From Lytechinus pictus (taxonomy: Eukaryota), in NCBI RefSeq assembly GCF_037042905.1, contig NC_087251.1, positions 38,442,001 to 38,506,000 on the forward strand: a stretch of 64,000 nt of DNA, in the 5' to 3' direction. Below are positions 41,296 through 53,118 of this stretch, piece by piece. Every line of letters starts with the position of its first letter. Position 1 is the first letter of the stretch. The notes under the pieces were generated by a model that saw only the letters and a list, made by a program, of their open reading frames with translations, did not search any database and was not told the origin of the DNA. A program made the position numbers and the translations under genes.

Positions 41296-41860
41296 TCTTC
41301 TCTGTCATTTCTTCATCAATTTAAATTCTGTTTCCTCAATATATGTCTCCAATATAATTCACTACAATGTCAACTGGGCTGAAATTAAAAATTGTGTTAC
41401 TTTTTTTTGCGAGATGCCGGATGAGCTCCACATCATTGATGAGCTAGTTTAATTAATAAAAAGATGGGGAGTGATTATAATAAGTTAATTTTAATTTCAA
41501 TCACAGATACGTGACATGTGATTTTTTATGGTTTCTTCAGTGTGAGAATTGTATCAAGATGGCCTTATTTCATGTTTATCTTTATTATTTCTTTAATTTT
41601 TTAAAATAAAATGATGAATCTTTTAATAAAATATTCGCTTCTTTTAAAAATGTTATTATATGAATACTTTGTATGGAAAAAAAATGTTGCGTTCCATTTC
41701 AAGACAATGTATTTTTCATGTTTTTCTTGGGAACAATGTTTTGTTTTATTTATTTTGGGAATAAAAATGTTGAATACTTTGTTCTTCCTCAAAAAATGAT
41801 GTGTTTTGTTTTTCATGTTGAAAATAAGATAAACACTTGAATCTCTTGTGTTTTTTGCAG

Positions 41861-41976
41861 AAGGAACAGCGTTATTGGATGAGCTGAAGAAAAAAGCGAT
41901 TACAGCTGGACCTACAAATGAATCCTGTAAAGATAACGAAAAGTCACAAGTCAATGAAGGTGCTCTTATGCTTCAG
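41861..41976 (+). CDS. Exon: bHLH-PAS linker
   Basis: ttttttgcag acceptor, CAG|gtaata donor, phase 1 to 0. EGTALLDELKKKAITAGPTNESCKDNEKSQVNEGALMLQ leads directly into the PAS-A start ALNGF. Confidence 0.85.
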
Positions 41977-42000
41977 GTAATAATCATACTTACAAACCAG

Positions 42001-42755
42001 GGGAGTGTTTCACCGAGATATAAATCTGATTAAAATTTGGTCTTGAATTCACGGTTTCATCCAGTATATAACTGCATCACCACAGATTACGGGTATGTTG
42101 CAAAAAGGGTTGTGTTTAATCAAAACTCAGGAAATCAGGGGGGTGTTTCACAAAGATTTAAGTATGACTTAGAGTCGTACTTATATACCTAGTTGTGTTG
42201 TTATGAAAGGCATGACCGCATTGCTCAGATCATACCAAGAGGATGCGCAAAACTGTGTATTAATCAATAAGATTGCGCCTTGCATATCATGTATGCGTCA
42301 GCATTTAAGTGCAACTCTAAGTCATACTTAAATCTCTGTGAAACACCCCCCAGGTGCAAGTCCACAATGCAGATACTTCTGATTGGTTGAATACCAAGAA
42401 CTGTGTTCGATTGGAGTTGTATATTATTGCAAGATTTCTGCATGAGGTAGTTTTTTCATGCTCACGGGACACCGTCTTCTGCTTATAGACCGCATGCATG
42501 TGACATCATAATCTCATAGCGCCCTCCCTCCGAGGATATAGGAATCCATGTTGATGGAGGTGTCAGAGATGTGCCAGCTGCAGATCATCAACGCATGCAT
42601 GGCAATGGCTTCAGCCTCTAAGATGGCGGCATGATGACGTCAGTGCATAAGGTCTATTAAACAATGAGATGGCGCGTTAAGCATATACATGTATGTATGA
42701 TGGCACTTAAGCATGACTATTAGTCGGAGTTAAATCTTTGTGGAACACCCCCCCC
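42001..42755. mobile_element. Stack of nested MITEs just downstream of an exon donor
   Basis: Outer TIR gggagtgtttcacc.agatataaatctgattaa / ttagtcggagttaaatctttgtggaacacccc. Inner element 42139-42350 has ~45-bp TIRs and TSD CAG. Another at ~42485-42657 reads tagacc..atgca.gtgacatcat / atgacgtcagtgcataaggtcta. Confidence 0.75.
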
Positions 42756-43791
42756 CCCCTGTTCATGATTTGTAATACCTCACAAGAAAGCTCTTATATA
42801 ACCTGTTAAATACAATTTGATCTAAAAAATGATGTTTATGACAGACATGCCTATGGATTAATTTGTGCTTAACAAATGGCCCTGGAATGAAGCAAGAATT
42901 ATTATTTTTTATATTTAATCCAAATTCTATTTCTTATGTATTATAAGAATTATGAAGTATTTAAATTTTCTCATTGTCATGAAACACGTGACTTGACCTT
43001 TAATGACAGGAATCACAGGATGTTGGGGGTATGGGTGTGTTCAATGTTGATTTGTAAAATTAAAACGTGAATCGTGATTGAAAACGCAGTTACAAAACAC
43101 CGATATAATAATACACGAAGGATGTGTCCCCTATTCGCGGTTGTAAAAGCAAACATCTTTCTGATCTTAATTTGGAGGAAAAATTTCAATGCTTAAAGAA
43201 GGTATGTTTTGAAATAAGATCAGCATAGATTTTTTACGACCTTCAGTATCGCAAATGCAACAAAATGTGATACTGTACACGATTGAGTAACGTCTTTAAA
43301 TGTGCTCTCGCAGTGGAAGCTGTGCTGACATTAGTTTTTGAGAGGGGGATTGACTTGTAATCAGCTTTAAAGTTTCAACCTTGAACGGTGTACCGCTGTG
43401 TTTTGTAATTGCATATCGAATCCTGATTCATGTTGGTGTTTGACGTTGAACACAGCCTATGTAACATACAAAGTAATTATGCACTTCAAGTTGTTTTCAA
43501 GTAAATTTTCAAGTAATGAAGCCATAGAAATATTGAAACTGTAACAAACAACATTACGACAGTATGAAGCTTGAATGTAAATGCCATTAAGGTAATGTTC
43601 TCGAAATCAGAAATGAGTTTAATCATCCGGTCTTTAAATCTACCGGTACTTGAGTGCAGCTTTAATCTTTATCTCAATGGCCTTGGTATACTTTCTAGTC
43701 CACACGAATATCTGTGATCACATTATTTTTTATGTGACTCTTATAACATTTTGATATGGTATTTTTTAAAATGTTTTTTTGGTCATTCCAG

Positions 43792-43881
43792 GCTCTGAAT
43801 GGATTTATACTCTTTGTGTCGCGAAAAGGAGGGATTCTTTACGTCTCAGAAAACGTAGGAAAACAGATTGGAATTCACCAG
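43792..43881 (+). CDS. Exon: PAS-A N-terminal part (not in ORF track)
   Basis: cattccag acceptor, CAG|gtaata donor. ALNGFILFVSRKGGILYVSENVGKQIGIHQ matches the LQALDGF...G.I.YVSE.V...LG..Q PAS-A motif. Confidence 0.93.
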
Positions 43882-44602
43882 GTAATATGACATCAATTTT
43901 ATCTCACTTTTTTCTTGTCATTTAGAGAATCGTTTAGCAGATCCCTATCATTCTTTGAATTACATACAAGCGAATTGTCTGAATACGCAGACTATGAATT
44001 CAAGGCATCTGCATTTTCATATGTAAAATGATCTCTTTTTTTGACGTTTAAAATTTTATGAAAAAGTTACTATTTAAAAAATGATCACTAATTGACACGT
44101 TACATTTTATTGGCAAATGCTACATGCGGTCAGTGGCAATATGAATTGCTTTTAAAGAATTTCCATCAGATTTTCGTATGAGCCAATGAAGGCATAGACA
44201 ATTAATAATCAATTCTGTCATGTTGTCGCCTGGTTGTCATAAGGGCAGAAGGTTGTGCTTGTACCGCAAATTTAAATTCTTCTGCAGTTAACATAAATGC
44301 ATGAGCTAAAGCATGTGCTATGTGAATGTACAGCACCCTTCTATTTGACCAACAAGAATAGCAATTGATTTACGTATAAATCATAATGACCTGCTGCAAA
44401 CTAGGCAGCAATGTGTGTAGCAATCTTTATTAATTTCAGAAGAATTCAAAAATTCATTCTGTTTTGCTAAATGCTTCTAATCGTAGGTGGTTATTCTTCA
44501 CATGTTTTTCAGTCAATCAATATCATCTCGATTTTGAATCAGTTAATATCGACAGGATTTTCAATCAACATCAGCATGATTGATTTTCAATGAAAATCAT
44601 GA

Positions 44603-45141
44603 TTTTTGTCTCGCCTGCATAGCAGAGCGAGACCATAGGCGCCGCTTTTCCGACAGCGGAGACGGTGACGGCAGCATCATCAACATTGAAATCTTAACCA
44701 AGGTTAAGTTTTTGAAATGTCATAATAACTTAGAAAGTATATGGAGTTAGTTCATGAAACTTAGACATAAGGGTAATCAAGTATTACTAAACATTCTGAA
44801 GAGTTTCAGGCCACATGACCAAGGTCATAGGTCACCTAGCGTCAATGAACTTTGGCCATGTTAGGGGTATTTGTTTAATTGGCATCATACCTTAGAAAGT
44901 TTATGGACCTCGTTCATGAAACATAGACATAAGGGTAATCATGTATGAATGATTGTAGTGCACACGTCTTAGGTCACATGATCATGGTCAAAGGCCATTT
45001 TAGGTCAATGGACATAGTATTTTATTATCATATGAATGTTTTCTTTTTTCAATAATTATTCAATAGCTGTTTTCAAATTCAGCATTGCTGCTATATCAAA
45101 TCGCGTAATGCAGGCAAGACTGCCAGAGGCATTCCACTCGT
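44603..45141 (+). mobile_element. Tsp/pearl/HINE-like non-autonomous element
   Basis: Starts in a T-run with gtctcgcctgcat and its nearby partner gcgagac. Has a short GC-rich repeat tract, two ~160-bp internal tandem repeats (cttagaaagt.tatgga...gttcatgaaac.tagacataagggtaatca at ~44730 and ~44892) and a 3' inverted copy atgcaggcaagac followed by a small hairpin (tgccagaggca). Confidence 0.75.
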
Positions 45142-45352
45142 GAAATTAATGTTATGATTATTAATCAATTATTATTATGATTTTCAATCAATGTCATGAT
45201 ATTCAATCAATCAATGTTATGATTTTTTTTAAATCAACATCTTCATTATTTTCAGTCAATCAATATCATCATGACTTTCTATCAATATCATCATGATTTT
45301 CGATCAATAGATATCACCTTCAATCCGATGTTCTTTGATTCAATCTCCACAG

Positions 45353-45524
45353 TATGACATGATAGGTAATTCCATCATGGACTTCATCCATCCCGATGAC
45401 CAGAAGGAGCTGGCCAAACAGTTTGTAGTTCAGTTTCCCGGGCACCAGACCTTCAAGGGTTACGGCATGGAGAAACCCGACGACTCCCCTACTGCAATGA
45501 ATATTAACTTCTTCGACGAAGCAA
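45353..45524 (+). CDS. Exon: PAS-A core plus loop
   Basis: tctccacag acceptor, A|gtgagt donor. YDMIGNSIMDFIHPDDQKELAKQFVVQFPGHQTFKGYGMEKPDDSPTAMNINFFDEA contains the G.SI.DF.HP.D motif. Confidence 0.93.
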
Positions 45525-46083
45525 GTGAGTGATTTCTTCAGTCCAGTTGGTCATTCACCTCTATAAGCGTTTGATAAATGCGCGTGATTAAAATAGATAA
45601 TTGGACGTGGGGGCTGTTTCATGAAGCTGTTTTGGACGTTCTGCCTTACTCAATGTTCAACTGGTGGCGTGTGTCTTATAAAGCCATTCGTTAAGTTTCT
45701 CTAGACTTGATGCACGACTGGACCATTTTCTCAGGTACAAAGTCAACTACAGAGGGACCATTTAAACCATGAAAGGATCACCATTAGTGTCTTAAGTCAT
45801 TCGTAATTTACAAAAAAGCTTTATGAAGCACCCACCAGGGCCCCATTTCATAGCAACTCTTGCTGGAATGTCAACTTTCATTGGAAGAGCCAACCAAAAA
45901 GCAGAATTGTCCTTGTTGTCATGGTAGTTGACATTCCAGCAAGACTTGCTATCATAGCAATTTTTTATGAGACGGAGCCCAGTTCTTGCACCAAATGACA
46001 TGTCTCATTGTGCTTGTAATGCTTATATAATTGGTAATAATAAATGGTTTTATGCAATTCTTGATCTGATCTTGATTTTACAG

Positions 46084-46205
46084 AGAGGAAAGAAGAGAAT
46101 CCAGCTATAACAGATTTCATCCAAGACAGGCATTTCTTCCTGCGTATGAAGTCGGTTGTGTCCAGACGTTCTATCGGCGGGAAAGGAAAAGTTGTGGGAT
46201 ATCGG
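46084..46205 (+). CDS. Exon: PAS-A C-terminal strands (not in ORF track)
   Basis: ttttacag acceptor, CGG|gtaagt donor. KRKEENPAITDFIQDRHFFLRMKSVVSRRSIGGKGKVVGYR contains the R.FFLRMK motif typical of HIF/SIM/Trh. Confidence 0.93.
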
Positions 46206-47739
46206 GTAAGTAGATGGACAGTAGAAGTAGAATAACTTGTTGATCAGCTTTGGATAGAAAGAGGATGCATTATTGTGTGACTGGGTTTAATTAATTGTCA
46301 CACCGTGATGGCTGTGATGCTCAGGGGAGCATCTCATGAAACAAATAGTCATCGATGTTCGCTGGCTCTTTGTTATATGCTACTGAAATCTTTGCATTGG
46401 ATTGACCGATCGAGCAAAATTTGTCTGTGGAAGTCTCTTGCACGATTATTCATGAAATATTTCCATGACATTTGCTCCGCCGACGATCCCTCCGACGGAG
46501 AGTCTGCACGTGAAACCAAACATCTAACCTCCAAAACCAAATAACCTTAATCCTTATCTTTACATTATTCTGAACCAAAAACTCTATTGCAATTAATCCT
46601 AACTCTAACTCTATGCCCTCTGAGATTTTAAGACCTGAGCAGATGTCGAAGGAGTAAATGTAGTTTCACCCATGAAACTCTTCCCTGGTATCCAAACAAC
46701 TTATCTGAGGCAACTGAATACTTTCCGCTGCATATGTCTGCTTAAATGGAGAACCCGATGTAGGGGCCTGTTCCATAAATAGTTACAACTATGGTAACTT
46801 TGCTATGATAGCAAAAACCATGGTAACGGCGCTCTGCAGCCAATCGCAATTGAGGTTTCCATGGTAATTGGCATAGTGGCAAAGTTACCATGGTCGTATT
46901 AGTTTTCATGAATCAGGGCCATGGCTTATTGGACGTTGTTGCATTAGATCTGTGTATACATAAAAGAAGTATTCCAATCAAGTCATTGCATCTATTAAAG
47001 TATATTATTATCACAATTCAATTAGTATTAATGTTGATTGATACTTGTTTCAAGATATGGGTATAAATATCCAATTATGAAGATCTGTTTTGTCCTAAAA
47101 TGTGGTTCATGAATTAATTACTTTACTTATAGAATATGGATAAATCAAAATGTATGATGTAGAAACAAATGGAGGACACAATTCACATTACCTTGTTTTG
47201 TATGAGATATATTAATTAGCTGATGGTTTTATCGTACTACAAATGTGTGCAAGCCATGTTAGCTCATCACATTGTTCATTAATTACTAATGGAAATAAAA
47301 GTAATTGAAAAAGTGGTGTTAATTACCCATAGGGCAACATCATTGATTGATAAGTGATTGATTTTTGAAAGCTGCAAGTCAATTCAAGTCTTTCATCAAC
47401 TTCCTCGGGGCCCTGTAACACACAGCTTTGCAATCGATTGTAAGCTGATCGTTGTGATTGCTCATGTTCAATCCTCAATGCGATCAATTTTAGAACCAGC
47501 CCCATGATCAGTCGCAAAGCTTTATGTTACAGGGCTCAGGATTTCCTGATATTCCCTTGTCTCTGTAATTTGTTTAACAATCATTTTATTTGTTTTAGCT
47601 TTGATTGTAATCATGGATCTTCCTAATCGTGCATTATAACATGAACTAGAAAACATGTAATATTCATTCTAACATTATGATGTTGCAATAGAAGGTTTAG
47701 GAGGATTGACAGTAGAATTGTCATTGAAATGTCTTTGAT

Positions 47740-47928
47740 TAGTGTAGTAGGTTTCACGGTACACCATGTATCTTTCATTTGCAAGTTTTGGTTCTGAAAA
47801 GGACCACCCAATCTCGACATTTCTACGACAAGAACACGCTTGTCGAAACGTCGAGATTGGGTGGTCCTTTTCAGGACCAACACTTGCCTAAGAAAGATAC
47901 ATTGTGTACCGTGAAACCTACTACACTA
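47740..47928. repeat. ~190-bp near-perfect palindrome (foldback/MITE-like)
   Basis: tagtgtagtaggtttcacggtacac...ctgaaaaggaccacccaatctcgac mirrors gtcgagattgggtggtccttttcag...gtgtaccgtgaaacctactacacta. Confidence 0.92.
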
Positions 47929-48737
47929 TTCTTCTTCGCCATGGAAACCTTCAGAAGTTACATGTCTTTAATTGTTATTGCACTCAGTATATTTTATAAA
48001 GTTGTTGATTAAACTGGCATTTGTATCCATGCTCTTTGATATTTCAAGCAAATGTCAAGATGGATGTTTGTTCTTCAAAGTGCCATTTTTTTTTCATTGT
48101 AAATTTCCTTCGTTTTAAATGAATAACTTGATCGGAAGTATATTTCAAAGTTGTTGTGAATACCATCTTCGACAAAGTTATGGCATATCTCAGGGCCCTT
48201 CATAAAGCTTAGAGATTGACAGTTGGGCTGAGTTTTACGATTAATCATACATGATATAATCAATGCTATCAATCATAGGAATCAGCCTCAAGATTGACCA
48301 CTAAGCTCTATGTTACAGACCCCTATCATGAATGTCTAGTCATACAAGCCAGTGATGGAGTAGCTGAGCAACACAGGAGAGGTTTATTTCTGTGCAAAAC
48401 TTGAAAAAGGAAAAAAAACTTGTGGCAGTTTGTGGATAGAAGTTGAAACGGATGAGACAATCCAATTGCTACACGTCAACATCAATCATTATTGGTTATG
48501 GTTTTATGCATAGCTCAATTAAGAGTTTCCCTCCTCCCCTCGTTCCCATCGGACTAAGCCTTATTACGCTGTCAGTGAATACGAAGGGGTCATGCACTTT
48601 ACTCATATAACACCAATATACTTACAGAACTTGAATCTATCAGTGTGAGTTATGCTTATCATTTTATGAGTATATTCAGACTAATAACTCATATATAGAA
48701 ATCAGAGACAGATTGAGGAAGGAAGTAAGGAGTTTTA

Positions 48738-49536
48738 GGGTGCGTTTATCCGCCACTTTTTCACCCTAGAATCATGATCTGAATCATGATTCAAATCATG
48801 ATTCTGCAGAATCACGATTGCGTTTAGTCGAAATTGAATATAATCATGATTAGAATCACAAACATGAAACACGAAAAAAGGGGCGTTTGGAAAGACGTTT
48901 CTGCACAATCACGTACGAAAATGTTCGAATAAACGATATCGTGATTTGAATCATGATTATATGACCTCACTGTGTCGGGCTACTTTCGGTTTGACTCTTG
49001 CCAAGCTCAAGGCTCTCTATATGCTCATTGTATGTACATGATTACTCTGCATTTCTTGTCATGTTCAAATTCTGTGTTGGTCATCGCATCGTCCACTACT
49101 TTTCATTTTTTGGTCATGTCTTCAACTTCAAGTTCTAGTAAATGAATTAACTAGACAGACAATGATCTCAGTTGTTGTTGAGTATAGAGTGTCAATATTA
49201 AATTGGATCTACGCTGAAATTCACTTCCGAACACCATTTTGGATAAACTAACAAGATGAATAGAAGCATATGGACCCTATATGATAGAAGTAAACAAAAT
49301 TAGGTATAGACTGAATTCTGGAAGAAAAAGATTTTTCGAGAGCCGAAACACGTACGAAAAACTTCCTTTGTCAAACTGCGCACTAGTGATGCGCACTGGA
49401 TTGGCCGGAATCTGAGGAGAAACAGCATTGGAATGAAGGTCGTCTGAACGCTGATTCTGTGATATCGTGATTCATGTTTGTGTTTTGAATCATGATTCAA
49501 ATCATGATTCTGGCTTGAGGTCGCATAAACGCAGCC
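48738..49536. mobile_element. PIF/Harbinger-type (Tourist-like) MITE, TSD TTA
   Basis: tta|gggtgcgtttat ... ataaacgcagcc|tta, with multiple subterminal GAATCATGATTC palindromes at both ends. A TWA TSD is typical of PIF/Harbinger. Confidence 0.85.
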
Positions 49537-50582
49537 TTAGGCTTTTAAGATATTCCCCTTTTCGTTTATTGTCCTTACTGATGTCATGAATGTCTTTAAA
49601 GATTTTTATTGATTTATTGATTGATTATTTACATACTGTTTTAATTTATATACTGTATATATTCACTAAACATTGTTTCTTTTGACTGCCAATACATTTT
49701 AATCAACATGAATATCATTTTTTTTCCATTAATATTGTACTGATATGTTTCTTTGTAAGTGATGTAATGTTAATTTTACTGACAAAAAGTGGCCTGTAGA
49801 CATATTGTATAGAGAAAACTCTAAACTTTGCCTTATTTAATTCTCCAAGCCAAATTATTTTGGTTCTTCACTTCTGTTTGCTAAGTTACTATATTTTCCC
49901 CCTTTTTCAGAAGTCATGTAAACATTTCTTTGCACTTTTTAGTATAATGTAGAGGGGGATATGACGGTAAAATGCGATGTGAAATGATTGTGTATATTTT
50001 CTTTCTATACTTCAGTCAGGAAACTGATAGTTTCCTCCTCTCTTGCATCGGAGGAAATAGAATCAGTCTCTTGCTTGAAAAAACAGACACGAATTGAAAG
50101 GAAAATTGAGAAAAAGAAGACATAGACTTGTGTATCAAAGTGGAAATAATAAGTGAAAGCACATCTGGTTTGTGTTTGGATGGACATTGGATATAAGCAG
50201 ATATTCACTTCAAGAAATATTGCACTTTTTTTTATGGAAATCATATTCAAAAACAGTTCTTGTGTAATTGGAGCTGGTCCCTGGTCTTATTCAAGAAAAA
50301 TTGAAGAAAAAAATATCCTGATTGGGGTATTAAAAGATGGGTTTGATAAAGACCACACACAGTTCATACAAATTTCATGTGGTATTTGTGCATCATATTT
50401 AGTGAGTACATACATGTAAGGCAATCTTATCAAGCAGTTACTGGATTATTCTTTTATTGTTAATACATGTGTGAGCTTTGGTCAAGTGATATTTTCAAGA
50501 ACCATAAGTGGAATAGGTTTTTTTTTAGTGTTAACGATTAAAGTCTTAAAGATCTACATTTAGATATGATCTCTGCCCCAAA

Positions 50583-51096
50583 GGGCCACTTCCTTTGACG
50601 AGTGGATATCAGGCGCGACCAAAGAAACACATAAAAAAGATATCTTTTTCAAGATTGGGCACGTTACGTACATAATGTAATAAGGATGTCAAAAACACTA
50701 AAATAATGAAAAAGGGGTATATATTTCGCTAGAAAAGCTACGTGTTTACGGTCAAATTTGTGAGGGTATAATAAGACTGAATACTTTATAAAGGATGTAC
50801 TTTTAACCCCAACACTATGTGTTCAGAGTCCGATTTAAGCGAGGTGTAGGAGGTGGGGCAGTACTTGGTGAAGCCAAATGGGTAAAGCCAACAGCTGTGA
50901 CATAACAATTAAAATATCGCTGTACTTGTTTAGGGGGTCATTTCAGGGAATAATTGTCAAGGGTACCATTTTGTTTCCAATACTTGTTAAAGCGCACGCC
51001 AATACTTGCATTTTAAGAATACGGAAAATACTTTTAGGGTGCTTTTCAAAACCCCATGGTCACGCCTGGTTTCCACTCGTCAATGGAAGTGCCCCC
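50583..51096. mobile_element. Non-autonomous DNA element with ~40-bp TIRs
   Basis: gggccacttcctttgacgagtggatatcaggcgcgacca mirrors tggtcacgcctggtttccactcgtcaatggaagtgcccc. Confidence 0.85.
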
Positions 51097-51489
51097 TCCC
51101 ACTGGGATCTCTACAGCAATTAGTACACAAGCTTGTCATATTATTAGCAATAACACCTAAAATGATTCATTAATGAATGCATGCTTTGGGGATTTACACT
51201 TAATATTGTTTCATAGCAAGGTTTATTCAATTACAAATCAAAATATTCACATCATTTTGTAATAATTGGGCCATTCCATGGAATATGTGCATCTGACAAC
51301 CTATATTTGGTACTTTCCGGCAATGATTCCTCTCTGCGATCTAGTTCGTATGAAGGTTGTTATGCATTGTAATTATCTTGACTTGAGTAGTTAATGAAGA
51401 GCTGGAAGGAGGAAGAGAAGTGGAGCTCGAACGTACAAAAAGATTAATTGTATTCTAGAATTGTATAGGCCTAATCATTATCATCAAAT

Positions 51490-52214
51490 GGTTTTATTTC
51501 TCTTGTTCTTATGTTGTAAACTTCTCAGGGTTTCTCAAGCTGAAAGACGCAAACAACAGTAATTAAGTTGTTATTATTATTATCATCATAATTGCAATCA
51601 ATTTTGTTCTCTTTTCTTAGGTTGTGACCCTCACTAGGCATCTCAAACTGAAGGCACGCAGAAACCGTAATTTTTATTATTATTATTATTGTGATGAATT
51701 GTTGTCGTCCTTATCATTTTTGTGATCAACTGTTTTGTTTTATATTATCATCATTATTTTGATCAATTTTGTTCCCTTTCTTAGGTTGTGGACTTCTCTG
51801 GACATCTCAAGCTAAGAGGACAAGCAACAGTAATTATGTTATCAACATCACTGTGATCAACTTTGTTGTTGCTATCACCAATATTGCGATCAATGTGGTT
51901 ATTACCATCAATATTGCAATCAATTTTGTTCTCTTTCTTAGGTTGTGAACTTCTCTGGTCGTCTGAAGCTGATCAATTTTGTTGTTGCTATCACCAATAT
52001 TGCAATCGATGTGGTTATTATCATCAATATTGCAATCAATTTTGTTCTCTCTTAGGTTGTGAACTTCTCTGGTCTTCTGAACCTGAAAGGATCAAGCAAC
52101 AGTTATTCTGTTATCAAGATTACTGTGATCAATTTTTGTTGTTGCTATCAGCAATATTGCGATCAGTGTGGTTATTATGATCAATATTGCAATCAATTTT
52201 GTTCTCTTTCTTAG
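51490..52214 (+). repeat. Tandem array of duplicated 3' splice site plus first ~30-48 nt of the 52215 exon
   Basis: caattttgttctct(tt)cttag|gttgtg with AG ending at 51620, 51784, 51941, 52055 and (functional) 52214. A more decayed copy lies at ~51500-51562. Confidence 0.92.
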
Positions 52215-52399
52215 GTTGTGAACTTCTCTGGTCGTCTGAAGCTGAAAGGATCAAGCAACAGTAAGGGGTACTGCGTGGAGGGCTTGATCTGCCTGTGCCG
52301 TCCTATCCAACCGCAGCCCATACTAGAGATTCGCATGGATGGCAACATGTTCATGAGCAGACATGGTCTGGATATGAGCTTTACATTCTGTGACCCAAG
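52215..52399 (+). CDS. Exon: end of PAS-A, linker, start of PAS-B
   Basis: ttctctttcttag acceptor, AG|gtacgt donor. VVNFSGRLKLKGSSNSKGYCVEGLICLCRPIQPQPILEIRMDGNMFMSRHGLDMSFTFCDPR contains F.SRH.LDM.F..CD.R. Confidence 0.93.
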
Positions 52400-52404
52400 G
52401 TACG

Positions 52405-52640
52405 TAATGACGGGTTATAAGTCTCCAGGCTTTGAACCATGAAGCCTTGGGTTCATATCCCACAGCAGCACTTGCATCCTTGGCAAGACATTGATCTACA
52501 TTTGTAACTCTCTACCCAGGTGTAGTAAATGGGTAAAAGGAAGAAATATGTCGATGCTCGAGTGCCTGATAAATGCTTTTTGTTTGGCTAAAGCCAGGGT
52601 TATAGTATGTAGCACTTAGGAACATATAAATATTGCATAT
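52405..52640 (+). mobile_element. Degenerate tRNA-derived SINE immediately after an exon donor
   Basis: B-box-like gggttcatatccc, then tccttggcaagacatt...ctctacccaggtgtagtaaatgggta core. Confidence 0.7.
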
Positions 52641-52793
52641 TATATTTATTCTATTATTATCTTTCAAAGTTCAATCTAAATTTGCATCTGATTGGCTCAG
52701 AAAAAATAGTCAATGAATCCACTAATTATTTGTTGGTGCTCACTAATGTTTATGAAATGCTTCCTTGATCTTTTTTATTTAGAAATAAATGAT

Positions 52794-52901
52794 GGAGCAA
52801 ACTTGTTTGTCCTGTCATTAATAATAAAAGAAAGGGCAAACTTGTTTGTCCGGTCATTAATGATAAATGAAAGGGCAAACTTGTTTGTCAAGTCATTAAT
52901 T
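52794..52901. repeat. 3 x 36-bp tandem repeat
   Basis: gcaaacttgtttgtc..gtcattaat repeated three times. Confidence 0.85.
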
Positions 52902-53011
52902 ACAAACTGCAATGAATTAAACTCATTCTTGTTAATTTTATCTTATGGCAGTGTGTTAAATTTCACGTTGTGATTGTGTTGGTGATGAAACTTTCAATCT
53001 TTGCTATGCAG

Positions 53012-53118
53012 GATCATAACACTAGTAGGCTATGAACCTCATGAAGTGATCGGGAAGACTGCTTACCAATTCCATAATCCGCTGGATGCTCGCAAAGTCA
53101 GTGATTGTCACTCCAAAC
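53012..53118 (+). CDS. Exon: PAS-B core (not in ORF track)
   Basis: ttgctatgcag acceptor, C|gtaagt donor. IITLVGYEPHEVIGKTAYQFHNPLDARKVSDCHSK contains the GY.P.E..G...Y.F....D motif. Confidence 0.93.

Noticed and set aside
47623..48012. Two similar ORFs on opposite strands
   Set aside because: This is an artefact of the 190-bp palindrome.
51863..52180. 105-aa Cys/Tyr/Gln-rich ORF
   Set aside because: It is an out-of-frame read through the duplicated acceptor array.
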